DNA of 63,942 nt, counting the filler, from Myxococcota bacterium (GTDB lineage: Bacteria; Myxococcota_C; UBA6777): NCBI GenBank assembly GCA_023150835.1. It is 3 parts of 3 records of this genome, joined end to end, with 100 filler letters (N's around TTAATTAATTAA, not from the genome) between each part and the next. Parts side by side here need not be neighbours in the genome. Positions count along the whole stretch, not along the records: positions 23,484 to 46,845 come from JAKLKB010000111.1; positions 46,946 to 63,942 come from JAKLKB010000143.1; 1 more part is not named here. One strand, given 5' to 3'. How positions within the stretch are numbered: the stretch's first letter is position 1; every line of letters begins with the position of its first letter. The position numbers and the translations under genes were made by a program. The notes beneath the pieces are model-generated. The model was not told where the DNA came from. It saw nothing but the letters and a program-made list of their open reading frames with translations, and did not search any database. Shown here piece after piece: positions 41,154 through 50,742 of this stretch.

Positions 41154-43475
41154 ATGCCGATCAGCCCATCTCACACCATCCATCCCGAATTCTCTCCCCC
41201 AACAGATCGTTCCCCATCTCCCATCCCACCCGCCTTGCGCGATCTTGGCAAGGGGCGGGCCGCAGGAAAGGGCCGAATCGAGAGCAAGGGGCGGGCCGAA
41301 GGAAAGGGCCGAATCGAGAGCAAGGGGCGGGCCGAAGGAAAGGTAAACACCGAGCCGCCTTGTGCTTATGAGGCTGTGGTGATCGGGCTGATCTATCGTA
41401 AGCCCCAAACCTCTTGGGGGGTGGTGCGGATCCGTCTTGCCGAAGAGATCGCCTGTGCCAAGGGTGCTGTGATGCCCGTTGCCCTCGGCTCTTGGATTCG
41501 GATCGAAGGGTGGTGGGAAGATTGCGAACAGTGGGGGCGTTTGCTGCGCGTGTGGTCGATGCGTGAGTTTGTCCCTGTGGGTGCGGAAGGGATGACGCGC
41601 TATCTGTTGAGCTTGCGTCTTCCTCGCCTGACACCCCCGCGCTGCGAAGAGATCGTCCGAACCTTTGGACGTCATACCCTCGAAGTCATCGAACAAAAGC
41701 CCGAACGACTCAAAGAGCTGGCTTGGCCAGAAGACTTTGCTTCCCAGATCCATCGGGCCTTTTGCCGAAAGATGCCGTCTCGTTCTTTGCTCGCATCTCC
41801 CGAAACATGGGGGCTTTCGCTCGAACAAGCTGAACAACTGCTTCGACACCACGGAAACCGCACGCTCGATCTGTTGCGCCGCGATCCCTACCGTTTGTTG
41901 TGTGAGGCTGGACTGGCCTTTTCCCTTGCAGAACAAGTCGCTGAGCGCCTCGGCCTTCAATCCCAAGATCCCCGTCGTGTCCGCGCTGCGATCCAAAGCA
42001 TTCTCCGCGATGCTGCCGAAAATGAAGGACACACCGCACTCCCACGCCAAGAACTCCTCGCACGCACCCGCAGCCGTCGCCTCCAACTCGACCCCCAAAC
42101 CGCGTTGTTTGCGATCTCCCGTATGGAGCAAGAAAACCTCCTTTGTGCCGATCCCGAGGAGGCCTTGCTCGGACTCCCCGAACTCGTCCAAGAAGAACGC
42201 GAGATCGCTCGCGGCTTGTGGAAGCTTAACCGCCAACGCCAAGAACGAGAGATCCTCGCCCCCAACTCCGACCTCAATCCGCAACAAGCCGAAGCCATCC
42301 GCCAGATCCAACAATCCCGCTGCATGATCCTGACAGGTGGCCCCGGTACAGGAAAAACCTACACGGTGCGTTCCATGCTTTCTCTTGGCTGGAAACAGCC
42401 GATCTTGGCCGCACCTACGGGAAAAGCCGCAAAGCGCCTTACCGAGTTGACGGGGATGGCCGCGTGGACGCTCCACCGCTTGCTCGAATACAACCCGACG
42501 GATCGCCGCTTTGGACGAGATGCCGAGTCGCCCCTTGATGCCGACTTGATCGTTGTCGACGAAGCCGCGATGCTCGATATCCCCCTGATGTCCGCTTTGA
42601 TCCGTTCCATCCGCACCGAACAAACCACGCTTGTGCTTTGCGGTGATGCCAACCAACTACCCTCCGTTGGACCCGGAAACCTCCTGATGGATCTGATCCA
42701 AACACAGCTACTCCCCGTCGTGGAGCTAAAACAAGTCGTCCGTCAACACGAGCAAAACCAGATCATCCCCAATGCCCAACGCATCCTCGAAGGAACACCC
42801 ATCCTCGTCAACAACAAACAGTACGTCGACTTCAAATACTTTTCCGTCGACGCTTCCACCCAAGTGACCGAACGCAAAACCCTCGTCGAAACCCTCCAGC
42901 AGATCTTTTCTCGCCTGCGCAAAGACGGCTACGCCGCCGAAGATATCCAAGTCCTCTCCCCAATGAAAAAAGGCGATGTCCCGGGCGCTTATGCACTCAA
43001 TGATGTTCTCCAAAAGCTGCTCAGCCCCGGGATCGACGGTCGTTCGATCGCCAACGGAAACACGCGCTTTTTTCTCGGGGATCGCGTGATTCAATTGCGC
43101 AACGACTACGAACGCGAAGTCTTTAACGGAGACACGGGCGTGATCGTACAAGTCGGTGCAGGGATCGACGTTCGATTCGAACAACGCATCGTCTCTTATG
43201 ATGCCGCAAGTCTCGGTGATCTCGAACTCTCTTACGCCATCTCGATCCACAAAAGCCAAGGCTCCGAATGGCCCGTCGTGATCCTCCCCCTCTCTCTTGC
43301 CCACAAACAAATGCTCTCCCGCCGCCTGCTTTACACCGCGATGACCCGCGCTCAAAAACTCCTGATCCTCGTTGGAGATGAACGCGCCGTCGCTCACGCC
43401 GTCTCTTCCAACGAAGCAGAAGGCCGCCGGACCACCCTCGCCGATTGGTGCCGTACCCTCCAAGCCATCCGCTAA
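41154..43475 (+). CDS. recD2: ATP-dependent RecD2-like SF1B helicase
   Basis: HhH-like region with DPYRL, TGGPGTGKT, APTGKAA, VDEAAM, GDANQLPSVGPG, YAISIHKSQGSE, LYTAMTRA; 36-bp repeat at 41249-41343. Confidence 0.93.
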   Translation: MPISPSHTIHPEFSPPTDRSPSPIPPALRDLGKGRAAGKGRIESKGRAEGKGRIESKGRAEGKVNTEPPCAYEAVVIGLIYRKPQTSWGVVRIRLAEEIACAKGAVMPVALGSWIRIEGWWEDCEQWGRLLRVWSMREFVPVGAEGMTRYLLSLRLPRLTPPRCEEIVRTFGRHTLEVIEQKPERLKELAWPEDFASQIHRAFCRKMPSRSLLASPETWGLSLEQAEQLLRHHGNRTLDLLRRDPYRLLCEAGLAFSLAEQVAERLGLQSQDPRRVRAAIQSILRDAAENEGHTALPRQELLARTRSRRLQLDPQTALFAISRMEQENLLCADPEEALLGLPELVQEEREIARGLWKLNRQRQEREILAPNSDLNPQQAEAIRQIQQSRCMILTGGPGTGKTYTVRSMLSLGWKQPILAAPTGKAAKRLTELTGMAAWTLHRLLEYNPTDRRFGRDAESPLDADLIVVDEAAMLDIPLMSALIRSIRTEQTTLVLCGDANQLPSVGPGNLLMDLIQTQLLPVVELKQVVRQHEQNQIIPNAQRILEGTPILVNNKQYVDFKYFSVDASTQVTERKTLVETLQQIFSRLRKDGYAAEDIQVLSPMKKGDVPGAYALNDVLQKLLSPGIDGRSIANGNTRFFLGDRVIQLRNDYEREVFNGDTGVIVQVGAGIDVRFEQRIVSYDAASLGDLELSYAISIHKSQGSEWPVVILPLSLAHKQMLSRRLLYTAMTRAQKLLILVGDERAVAHAVSSNEAEGRRTTLADWCRTLQAIR

Positions 43476-43541
43476 ACTTTTGGTTCGGGGAAAAAAGGCG
43501 GGTACAGAGCGCCGTACCCTCCAAGCCATCCGCTAAACTTT
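43450..43541. repeat. 31-bp perfect direct repeat duplicating the recD2 3' end
   Basis: GCCGTACCCTCCAAGCCATCCGCTAAACTTT at 43450-43480 and 43511-43541. Confidence 0.95.
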
Positions 43542-43551
43542 CGGGGGGTTT

Positions 43552-44091
43552 TCAGCGCGTAGTGTTCTTTCGCATCGTGCGGTAGATCCGAATCGCAAGC
43601 ACCAAGACCCCCGTCAAGATCACCAGCCCCAACAATCCCCACAAAAAATCCACCGCGCTTTTGAGTACCACCAAAAAGACGATCGCTACGAGGAAAAGCG
43701 TCGCGACCTCATTCCACATCCGTAGCTGCGTTGACGTGTAAACCAGATCATCGCGTTGAAAATGCCTAATTATCCGACCGCAAGAAAGATGATACCCACA
43801 CAGGCCCACCACAAACCCCAACTTCACCCACATCCAAGGCTCACGCCAGTACCCAAACCCGTACAGCAGCGCAAAGCCCGTCAGCAACGTCACCACCATC
43901 GACGGCCATGTGATGCCGTACCACAAACGCCGCTGCATCAGCTTGAATTGATCAGCCATCGCTTCTCGCACAGGCGGCTCGCACCGCTCGGTCTCTTTGT
44001 GGTAAACGAACAGCCGCACGATATAAAACAGGCCCGCAAACCACGTCACCACAAAGACGATGTGCAGAGCCTTGGTGTACAAGAGCCACAT
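43552..44091 (-). CDS. hemJ: Protoporphyrinogen IX oxidase HemJ
   Basis: KALHIVFVVTWFAGLFYIVRLFVYH, MQRRLWYGI, WMWVKL, RMWNEVATL. Confidence 0.92.
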   Translation of the reverse strand: MWLLYTKALHIVFVVTWFAGLFYIVRLFVYHKETERCEPPVREAMADQFKLMQRRLWYGITWPSMVVTLLTGFALLYGFGYWREPWMWVKLGFVVGLCGYHLSCGRIIRHFQRDDLVYTSTQLRMWNEVATLFLVAIVFLVVLKSAVDFLWGLLGLVILTGVLVLAIRIYRTMRKNTTR

Positions 44092-44139
44092 AAACGCGTA
44101 TCCTCCTGAGGGAAAGAAGGGTTGGTTGGATGGGTTCTA

Positions 44140-44269
44140 TTTTTGTGGGATGCCACCCCACACCCCGCAAGGGAACTCCGTCCCCTTGACCCCGTGTTGA
44201 CGAAGAGATCGCAGGCTTTTCAAACCAACGGCTCTGTCGCTCGCAACGAGTGCGAACACGGGGGGGGTT
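44140..44269 (+). repeat. Dispersed ~125-bp structured repeat, copy G
   Basis: CACCCCGCAAGGG...CCCCTTGACCCCGTGTTGACGAAGAG...CTCTGTCGC...CGAACACGGGG. Confidence 0.87.
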
Positions 44270-44421
44270 CTCCGCTGCGTAAGCCCTATCCAAGAAGAAA
44301 GACCTTGTTGGATTTGATGGTGTGTGGAGATGCGCATTCTTCCTTCCACTGAGCGAACAAGCCACGAGAGCATACTCGATCCGCCTTATAAAAAGCAGGG
44401 CGATCTACAGGAGTGTTGATC

Positions 44422-45417
44422 ATGAAGGTGTTGTTGGTTGGAGCGGGTGCTGTAGGGCAAGTGTTTGGCCGCCATTTGCAAAAGGGCGGAGCCGAGATCC
44501 ATTTTTTCGTGCGAGAAAAGTACGCACAAGAAGCTCGACAAGGCTATTGGATGGCCCCGTGGGATCGCAAAGATCCGCTATCGCATCCTGTACGTCTCGA
44601 GGGATTTGGCGTGTTGACCACGCTTGAAGAAGTCCGGCAGACGCGATGGCAACAAGTGTATCTTTGTGTGTCTTCGGCGGCGTTGCGGGTGGGTTGGATC
44701 GAAGAGCTTGCCCAAGTTCTCGGTGATGCCGTCGTGATCGCACTACAACCCGGCGTACACGATCGCGATCTGCTTCATCGCTTCATTGAACCTGAAAGGC
44801 TTGTGATGGGAACGGTCGGCTTTTTAAGCTATCACGCCCCGCTGTCCGATGAATCCGTTCTCCATCCTTGCACAGCGTACTGGTTTCCTCCGCTTTCTCC
44901 TACGCCATTTTCGTCTCCCTCCAAAGAAAACTGCCGCTCCGTTGTCGAGGCGCTCAAACGCGGAAAGCTGCCTGCGATCGCTGTTCGCGATATCGTCGGA
45001 TCTTCGGCCTATATCTCGGCCCTTTTGATGCACCTTGTCGCGGCGCTCGAATGCAACGGGTGGTCCTGTGAACAGCTTGCCCGTAGCCCCGACCTTCAAA
45101 GCATCCGCAGCGCCACGCTTGAGGTCTTCTATGCGTTTCAAGATTCCTATCGACCGCCTCTTCCGCTTTGGTTGTTTCGATTGCTTTTGCGCCCGATCTG
45201 GATGCGTCTGGGACTCGCGATCGCCCCCAAGATCGTCCCTTTTTCGATCGAGCGCTTTTTACAGGTCCACTTTTCCAAGGTGGGCGATCAGACGCTTCTG
45301 ATGCTTGCGGACTCTCTGGCGTTTGGACAGCAGCGCGGCCTCTCGATGCCCGCGCTGTTCTCGCTTTCTGAACGGCTGCGTCAACAACGCGCAAAACATC
45401 GCGCCGAAAACGCATGA
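44422..45417 (+). CDS. Ketopantoate reductase (PanE/ApbA) family protein
   Basis: Rossmann MKVLLVGAGAVG, FFVR, IALQPG; substrate uncertain. Confidence 0.78.
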   Translation: MKVLLVGAGAVGQVFGRHLQKGGAEIHFFVREKYAQEARQGYWMAPWDRKDPLSHPVRLEGFGVLTTLEEVRQTRWQQVYLCVSSAALRVGWIEELAQVLGDAVVIALQPGVHDRDLLHRFIEPERLVMGTVGFLSYHAPLSDESVLHPCTAYWFPPLSPTPFSSPSKENCRSVVEALKRGKLPAIAVRDIVGSSAYISALLMHLVAALECNGWSCEQLARSPDLQSIRSATLEVFYAFQDSYRPPLPLWLFRLLLRPIWMRLGLAIAPKIVPFSIERFLQVHFSKVGDQTLLMLADSLAFGQQRGLSMPALFSLSERLRQQRAKHRAENA

Positions 45418-45455
45418 TGGCGCGAAATAGAAGTCCGAAGTGGTTCGCAGCGTTG

Positions 45456-45582
45456 AAACAACCCCGTGTTCGTAAACGCCCAAGCGACAGAGTCGTTGTG
45501 TTGAAAAACAAAGCTCTCTTCGCCGATATGGGGTCAAGGGGACGCAGTTCCCTTGCGGGGTGTGGTACCTCGCCCCACAAAA
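45456..45582 (-). repeat. Dispersed ~125-bp structured repeat, copy H
   Basis: CCCCGTGTTCG...CAAGCGACAGAG...CTCTTCGCCGATATGGGGTCAAGGGG...CCCTTGCGGGG. Confidence 0.87.
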
Positions 45583-45627
45583 TCAAACCAACCGCTTGAT
45601 TCCTGTAAAGAAGAAAGGAGAACACAC

Positions 45628-46581
45628 TTGCGTCGTTTTGGCTTGTGGTTGATGGGTGGCTTGGTGGTATTGGTGCTTTTGGTAGGAGGGGTGATCTTTT
45701 TGTTGAGTACGCCGGATCTTCCGCATGAGACAGTGCGAAAACAGTACGGGCAAGCGCCCTCGCGGTTTGTGTTGTGGTCGGATGGAACTCGTGTTCATTA
45801 TCGCGATCAAGGGAAGCCCGATGCACCGGCTCTTTTGCTGCTTCATGGATCGAATGCTTCGCTTCATACATGGGAAGGATGGGTAAAGGCGCTTTCGCCC
45901 AAGTATCGGGTGATTACAGTCGATCTGCCCGGGCACGGGCTGACGGGGAAGATCGCTGACGGTCGTTATGGATACGACGGGATGGTGGTGTTTTTGGAGC
46001 GCTTTGTGGCTTGGATGAAGTTGTCGCGTTTTGTGTTGGCAGGCAACTCGATGGGCGGGGCGTTGGCGTGGAAGTATACGTTGGCGCATCCTGAGCAGGT
46101 TCGTGCGTTGATCTTGGTCGATGCTGCGGGGGTTCCGCGCAAACAAGCGGGTCGATTGCCTCTGGCTTTTCGTTTGGCGCGTGTACCGATCTTGCGCAGC
46201 GCTATCTTGTACATCACACCGCGTTCTTTGGTGGCGGAAGGATTGGGGCGTTCCTACGGCGATCCCACCCAGATCACCGATGCGCTGGTCGATCGATACC
46301 ATCGACTCGCGCTTCACGAAGGAAACCGCGCCGCGACGGTTGCGCGTTTTGCGACTTACGCCACGGATGTGGCGATCCCGCCGCTGTCAAAGATCAAAGC
46401 TCCGACGTTGATCTTGTGGGGAGAAAAAGATCTTGTCACACCGCTCGATATGTCAGAGATCTTCTTGCGTCAGATCCGTGGCAGCAAGCGCGTCCTTTAT
46501 CCCAAGCTTGGGCATCTTCCGATGGAAGAAGATCCACAAACTACCGTCCGCGATGTCTTGGCTTTTTTGCAAAGCTTGTAA
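45628..46581 (+). CDS. Membrane-anchored alpha/beta fold hydrolase
   Basis: AGGAG then TTG start; HGSNAS, DLPGHG, GNSMGG nucleophile elbow, WGEKD, GHLPMEE. Confidence 0.93.
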   Translation: MRRFGLWLMGGLVVLVLLVGGVIFLLSTPDLPHETVRKQYGQAPSRFVLWSDGTRVHYRDQGKPDAPALLLLHGSNASLHTWEGWVKALSPKYRVITVDLPGHGLTGKIADGRYGYDGMVVFLERFVAWMKLSRFVLAGNSMGGALAWKYTLAHPEQVRALILVDAAGVPRKQAGRLPLAFRLARVPILRSAILYITPRSLVAEGLGRSYGDPTQITDALVDRYHRLALHEGNRAATVARFATYATDVAIPPLSKIKAPTLILWGEKDLVTPLDMSEIFLRQIRGSKRVLYPKLGHLPMEEDPQTTVRDVLAFLQSL

Positions 46582-46703
46582 GTTCCGCGCTAGATATCGG
46601 ATGGGGCTTACGCGTCTGCTCTGTTGGGTGGGGCGCTGCCCCATACGCGCCTTGTTAAGGTGGAAACACCGGATAGTCTAGCCTGATCGCCGTTTCTTTT
46701 GTC

Positions 46704-46845
46704 GCCCCCCCCTCAATCCCCCCGTGAACGGGGGGAAGTTGGAACGGGCAGCGTCTGCGCGTCGTGCATACAGCGTGTGTCATGGAACACCAAAACCTCG
46801 CTGCCTCCGACTTTCGCTCCCTCCCCTGTTCACGGGGGAGGGCTG
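46704..46845. repeat. Palindromic REP-like doublet (CCCCCCGTGAACGGGGGG / CTCCCCTGTTCACGGGGGAG), truncated by contig end
   Basis: Two related hairpins in inverted orientation about 100 bp apart. Confidence 0.7.
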
Positions 46846-46945
46846 NNNNNNNNNNNNNNNNNNNNNNNNNNNNNNNNNNNNNNNNNNNNTTAATTAATTA
46901 ANNNNNNNNNNNNNNNNNNNNNNNNNNNNNNNNNNNNNNNNNNNN
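46846..46945. other. Artificial contig linker (N44-TTAATTAATTAA-N44)
   Basis: Identical to the first linker. Confidence 0.98.
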
Positions 46946-49098
46946 CCGTCGTTGTAGCCGATGCGACCGCCAAGGGTGGTGTTTTCGCCGAGCTTGGTGT
47001 TTGCGTTGGCTTCGCCGTTGAGTTTGCCGTCGTTGTAGCCGATGCGACCGCCAAGGGTGGTGTTTTCGCCGAGCTTGGTGTTTGCGTTGGCTTCGCCGTT
47101 GAGTTTGCCGTCGTTGTAGCCGATGCGACCGCCAAGGGTGGTGTTTTCGCCGAAGCGTCGGGTGATATCGGCTTCGCCGTTGATCTTGCCGTCGTTGTAG
47201 CCGATGCGACCGCCAAGGGTGGTGTTTTCGCCGAAGCGTCGGGTGATATCGGCTTCGCCGTTGATCTTGCCGTCTTGGTATTCGATTTGTGCGTTGGCGC
47301 GGGTGTTTTCGTCGATTTGGGAAGACACGCGACCGCCGCCTTGGATCTGTCCGTCTCGGTAGGCCACGCCCCCTTCGATGGCGGTGCGTTCGTTGATCTG
47401 ACCGTTGACTTGGGCGCCGCCTTCGATCTTTCCATCGCGGTAAGAGATCTGGCCTTCTGCGGTGGCGTCTTTTCCGAAGCGCGTGCGCACGTTGGCATCG
47501 GCTTCTTGGAGTTTGCCATCTTTGAGGCGGAGGCCGCCGTTCAGGTCGGTGTTTTCGCCGAGGCGGGTGCGGCCTTGAGCGTGTGTGGTGAGGTGTCCGT
47601 CTCGATCGATGACTGCGCCGCCGCGTAGCTCGCTGTGTTCGTTAAAACGGTGCTGTGCATCGACGCCCAGTTCGGTCATTCGGCCATCTTCAAAACGAAC
47701 GCGGCCATCGACGTTGGTGCGTTCGTTGAGGGCGGTGTGTGTGTTGAGGGCGACTTGGCTTTTGCCTTCGGGATCGACGCTGATTCGGCCATCCACGGCG
47801 GTGCGTTCGCCTACTTTGGTTTTGCCTGTGATATCGCCCGACCAACGGCCATCTGCGTGTTGAAGATCGGTGTTGATTTGGGTGTTTTTGCCGAGATGCG
47901 TTTCGGTTTGGATATCGGCCTTGTGGAGTCGGCCTTCTTTGAGGGTGACGTCGGCTTCGACCTGTGTGTGATCTGCGATCTTGGTGGCGATATCGCCATC
48001 AAGGGTCAAGCGACCGCGACTATCGACGGTGGCGGTTCCTTTGAGGGTGGTGTCTTCGCCGACTTTGGTGGTGATGCCTGCGCTTGCGCGGCGAAGTTGA
48101 TCGTTTTCAAGACCCAAGGATGCGGTGAGTTTGGTATCTTTGCTGACTTTGCTTGTGACGGAAGCATCGGTGCGGAGGTCGCCTTGTTTGTCGATGCCGA
48201 TCTGTCCGGTGAGTTTGGTGTGGTCTGCAAGCTTGGTATCGCCACCGACGTGGCCGTAGACACGGCCATCGTCAGCGCGGATCTCGCCCTTCAATCGGCT
48301 ATCTTGGCCGAGGCGAGTTTCGGCTTTGACGTGACCGTTATCGACTTGGTTGTCTTTGAGGGCGACCTCGCCTTGGAGGCGGGTTCCTGTGCGTGGGTTG
48401 CTTTCGGCTTGGACGGTTCCGTTGAGTTTGCCGTCGTTGAGTTGGAGGTCGGTGTGGAGGGTGGCGCGTTTGTCGACTTGGGTGTGGGTTTGGAGTTCAC
48501 CGTTGAGTTTGCCGTCTTGGTAGTGGGCGCGGCCTTCGAGGGTGGTGTGATCTTTGATTTGGCTTTTTCCATCAAGGCTTGCGTAATTATTTCCGTTGTT
48601 GCGTCCGACTTCGGCTTGCCATGTGTGGCGATCGTTGGGTTGGTAGTTTGCGCGGACGCTGGCGTTGCGTTCTTCGTTGGTTGCGTTGGCGCGGCCTTCG
48701 ACTTGGAGGCCGTTGATCGGGCGCCATTGGACGTTGCCTTGGCCCGAAGTGCGTCCTTGCGCATCCATCGCAAGGCGTCCGTTGGCGCTGGTGCGCTCGC
48801 TGTCATGGGAGCCTTGGGCGGTTCCGCCTTCAAATCCGCTGCGTTTGCTGGTGTGTTTGATATCGGCGTAAGGAGTGAAGCGCTCCGCAAGGCTGCGCAG
48901 TCGGGAGAAAAAGCCTTGGGAGGGGCGTCGACTGTCTTGGAGGGCGGTGTTTCCGCCTTGGGTGAAGGAGTCGGCGCGGCGGGGTTCGTGGAGCGCGGGT
49001 TGTGAAGGAGAGTGGACGGGGGCGGTGGTGGAGGTCGAGCGTGGCGCTTGAACCGCAGGGGCGGGGGGCTGTTGTGGTTTTCGGGTGTTGATGTTCAT
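46946..49098 (-). CDS. Tandem beta-hairpin repeat protein (>=22 repeats of 27-28 aa), 3'-truncated
   Basis: AAGGAGAG RBS; repeats such as TTLGGRIGYNDGKLNGEANANTKLGEN; near-identical 81-bp units at 46946-47275. Confidence 0.85.
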
Positions 49099-49341
49099 CT
49101 CGGGTGGCTCTCCTTACCGTTCGGATAAAAAGGGGGGTTTTGTGTGACAAGAAGGTGTCGTTTGTATTTTCGCCGAGATCAGGGGGTGTGTTGCGGATCG
49201 CATCACCTCGGCGCAAAGATTTCGGGCGAGGGTACACCAAACAGGAATAGAATCAAGGGGATTTGGGGCGCTTCTTCACAAGGCCAGTCATGTGTGCAGA
49301 GCAGGATTGTTCACGGGCGACGGTGGCGCGATCCAACGCCG

Positions 49342-50160
49342 TCACAAGGCGAGCAGGGCGCGCAGATCGTCGGGTAGGCCAAGGTGAAGATCGCGTGTTC
49401 CGTAGTGGATGACTTTCCATCGCGTACAGCCGCGCCCCATCAGAAGGGCTTTTCCGCCAACGACAGCGAGGCTCGAAAAGGTCGAAGGCAGGGGGGCAGG
49501 GGGCTTGGGCGGGAGAGGTGAATACATCTGATCCGAAAGGTGCAGAACCGCGAAGAGATAGCGGCGGTAGAGGACGATACGGAGTTTCAAAAAGGCGAAG
49601 TAAGCGAGGTGATGGTGTTGCCATTGACGGGTTTGATGAAGCAAACTGCGGGTGCAAAAGTCTTGGTGCTGGAGAGACAGCGTTGGGGGAAAGGCCGAGG
49701 CCGATAGCGGCGGATCTTGCGGGCGGGTTTGGGGAGTCTGTCGCTCAGCAAGAACAAGCGCTTGGAGGTTGTGGCGTGCGGTGGGGGATAGCGATATGGC
49801 GTCTGTGGAGCGAAAGGGCCGATACCAAGGCTGTTTGGAAAAGAATTGTTGGAGGTCAGGAGAGCGGAAACGTGCGCCTTCGAGGGCAAACAGCGTGTTG
49901 CGTAAGCGGCGTGTGTCGAGCGGAGCGAGGCGAGCAGGCCATGTCGGATGCAGCGGATGTTGCAGCAAGATCGCTTGCAGCTTGGAGGGGTCGGTGGGTT
50001 GTTCAGAGAGAAGATCGCGCAACACATCGGGAAATCGGGGGCCTTGGTAGGCAGAGGACGGGGTGGCGTAGAGCAAGAGTAGCCCGAACAAAAGCGCCCA
50101 AGCCATCGAGAGCTTGCGATGAGCAAAGGGGTGTGTTGAGAGGTCCGATCGGGGAGGCAT
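49342..50160 (-). CDS. Secreted YARHG-domain-like protein
   Basis: Hydrophobic signal; RRLRNTLFALEGARFRSPDLQQFFSKQPWYRP...LS...HNL matches the YARHG pattern. Confidence 0.72.
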   Translation of the reverse strand: MPPRSDLSTHPFAHRKLSMAWALLFGLLLLYATPSSAYQGPRFPDVLRDLLSEQPTDPSKLQAILLQHPLHPTWPARLAPLDTRRLRNTLFALEGARFRSPDLQQFFSKQPWYRPFRSTDAISLSPTARHNLQALVLAERQTPQTRPQDPPLSASAFPPTLSLQHQDFCTRSLLHQTRQWQHHHLAYFAFLKLRIVLYRRYLFAVLHLSDQMYSPLPPKPPAPLPSTFSSLAVVGGKALLMGRGCTRWKVIHYGTRDLHLGLPDDLRALLAL

Positions 50161-50169
50161 GGGGTTGTG

Positions 50170-50739
50170 TTAAGCCCAGCGCACGCGCAGGGGCGCGCTG
50201 CTGCGGGGTTCTTGGGGGATGTCGGTGATCTTGACGCGGGAGAGTTGCTCTTCGGGGAGGTGTTGGATTTGGTGTTCGATATGGCGAACGATGCGCTCAC
50301 ATCGGGGGTCTCGTTCGTGTTGGCGCAGACCTTTGACAGCTTCCAACAGGCGGTGTTCGAGTGTTTGGTAGAGATGCTGCCAACGCTCAAAGGTGCTGCT
50401 CTCTTTGCTGCGCAGGATCACACAGCTAAATATCCGCATCTCTAGGTTCATGCGTTGCGCGAGAGCGTACATCAAAAGACGACGCCAAGCTTCGGCAGGA
50501 GGAGAGAGGCGCATCTCAAAGTGGAGCGTCCATGGCTCGTCTTGGAAGCGGTAGGCGGGTTTGGCTGGAGGGAGCAGGTGAGGGTGCCAGATCTGGCGTT
50601 CTTCGCCGAGTTCCGACGGTCGGATATCGTAGCGTTCGATCATGCGTTCGGCGAGTTTTCGGGCTTCTTGACCTTCTGGCTTTTCGCTTTCGCACGCAGC
50701 GAGGCGCAAAAGAGCGCGGACTTTTTCGATCTTGTTCAA
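50170..50739 (-). CDS. DUF2786-like domain protein
   Basis: N-terminus KIEKVRALLRLAA....EGQEARKLAERMIERYDI matches the DUF2786 pattern. Confidence 0.7.
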   Translation of the reverse strand: MNKIEKVRALLRLAACESEKPEGQEARKLAERMIERYDIRPSELGEERQIWHPHLLPPAKPAYRFQDEPWTLHFEMRLSPPAEAWRRLLMYALAQRMNLEMRIFSCVILRSKESSTFERWQHLYQTLEHRLLEAVKGLRQHERDPRCERIVRHIEHQIQHLPEEQLSRVKITDIPQEPRSSAPLRVRWA

Positions 50740-50742
50740 GTG

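Noticed and set aside
40209-42656. 815-aa antisense ORF, and other long shadow ORFs such as 5665-7110, 47635-49005 and 60752-62425
   Set aside because: They lie opposite well-supported genes, show no family motifs and are expected in GC-rich or repetitive DNA.
40215-43541. Prophage or integrative element around SSB-like/recD2
   Set aside because: No integrase, structural genes, GC shift or left-hand att copy. Both 31-bp repeat copies are on the same side.
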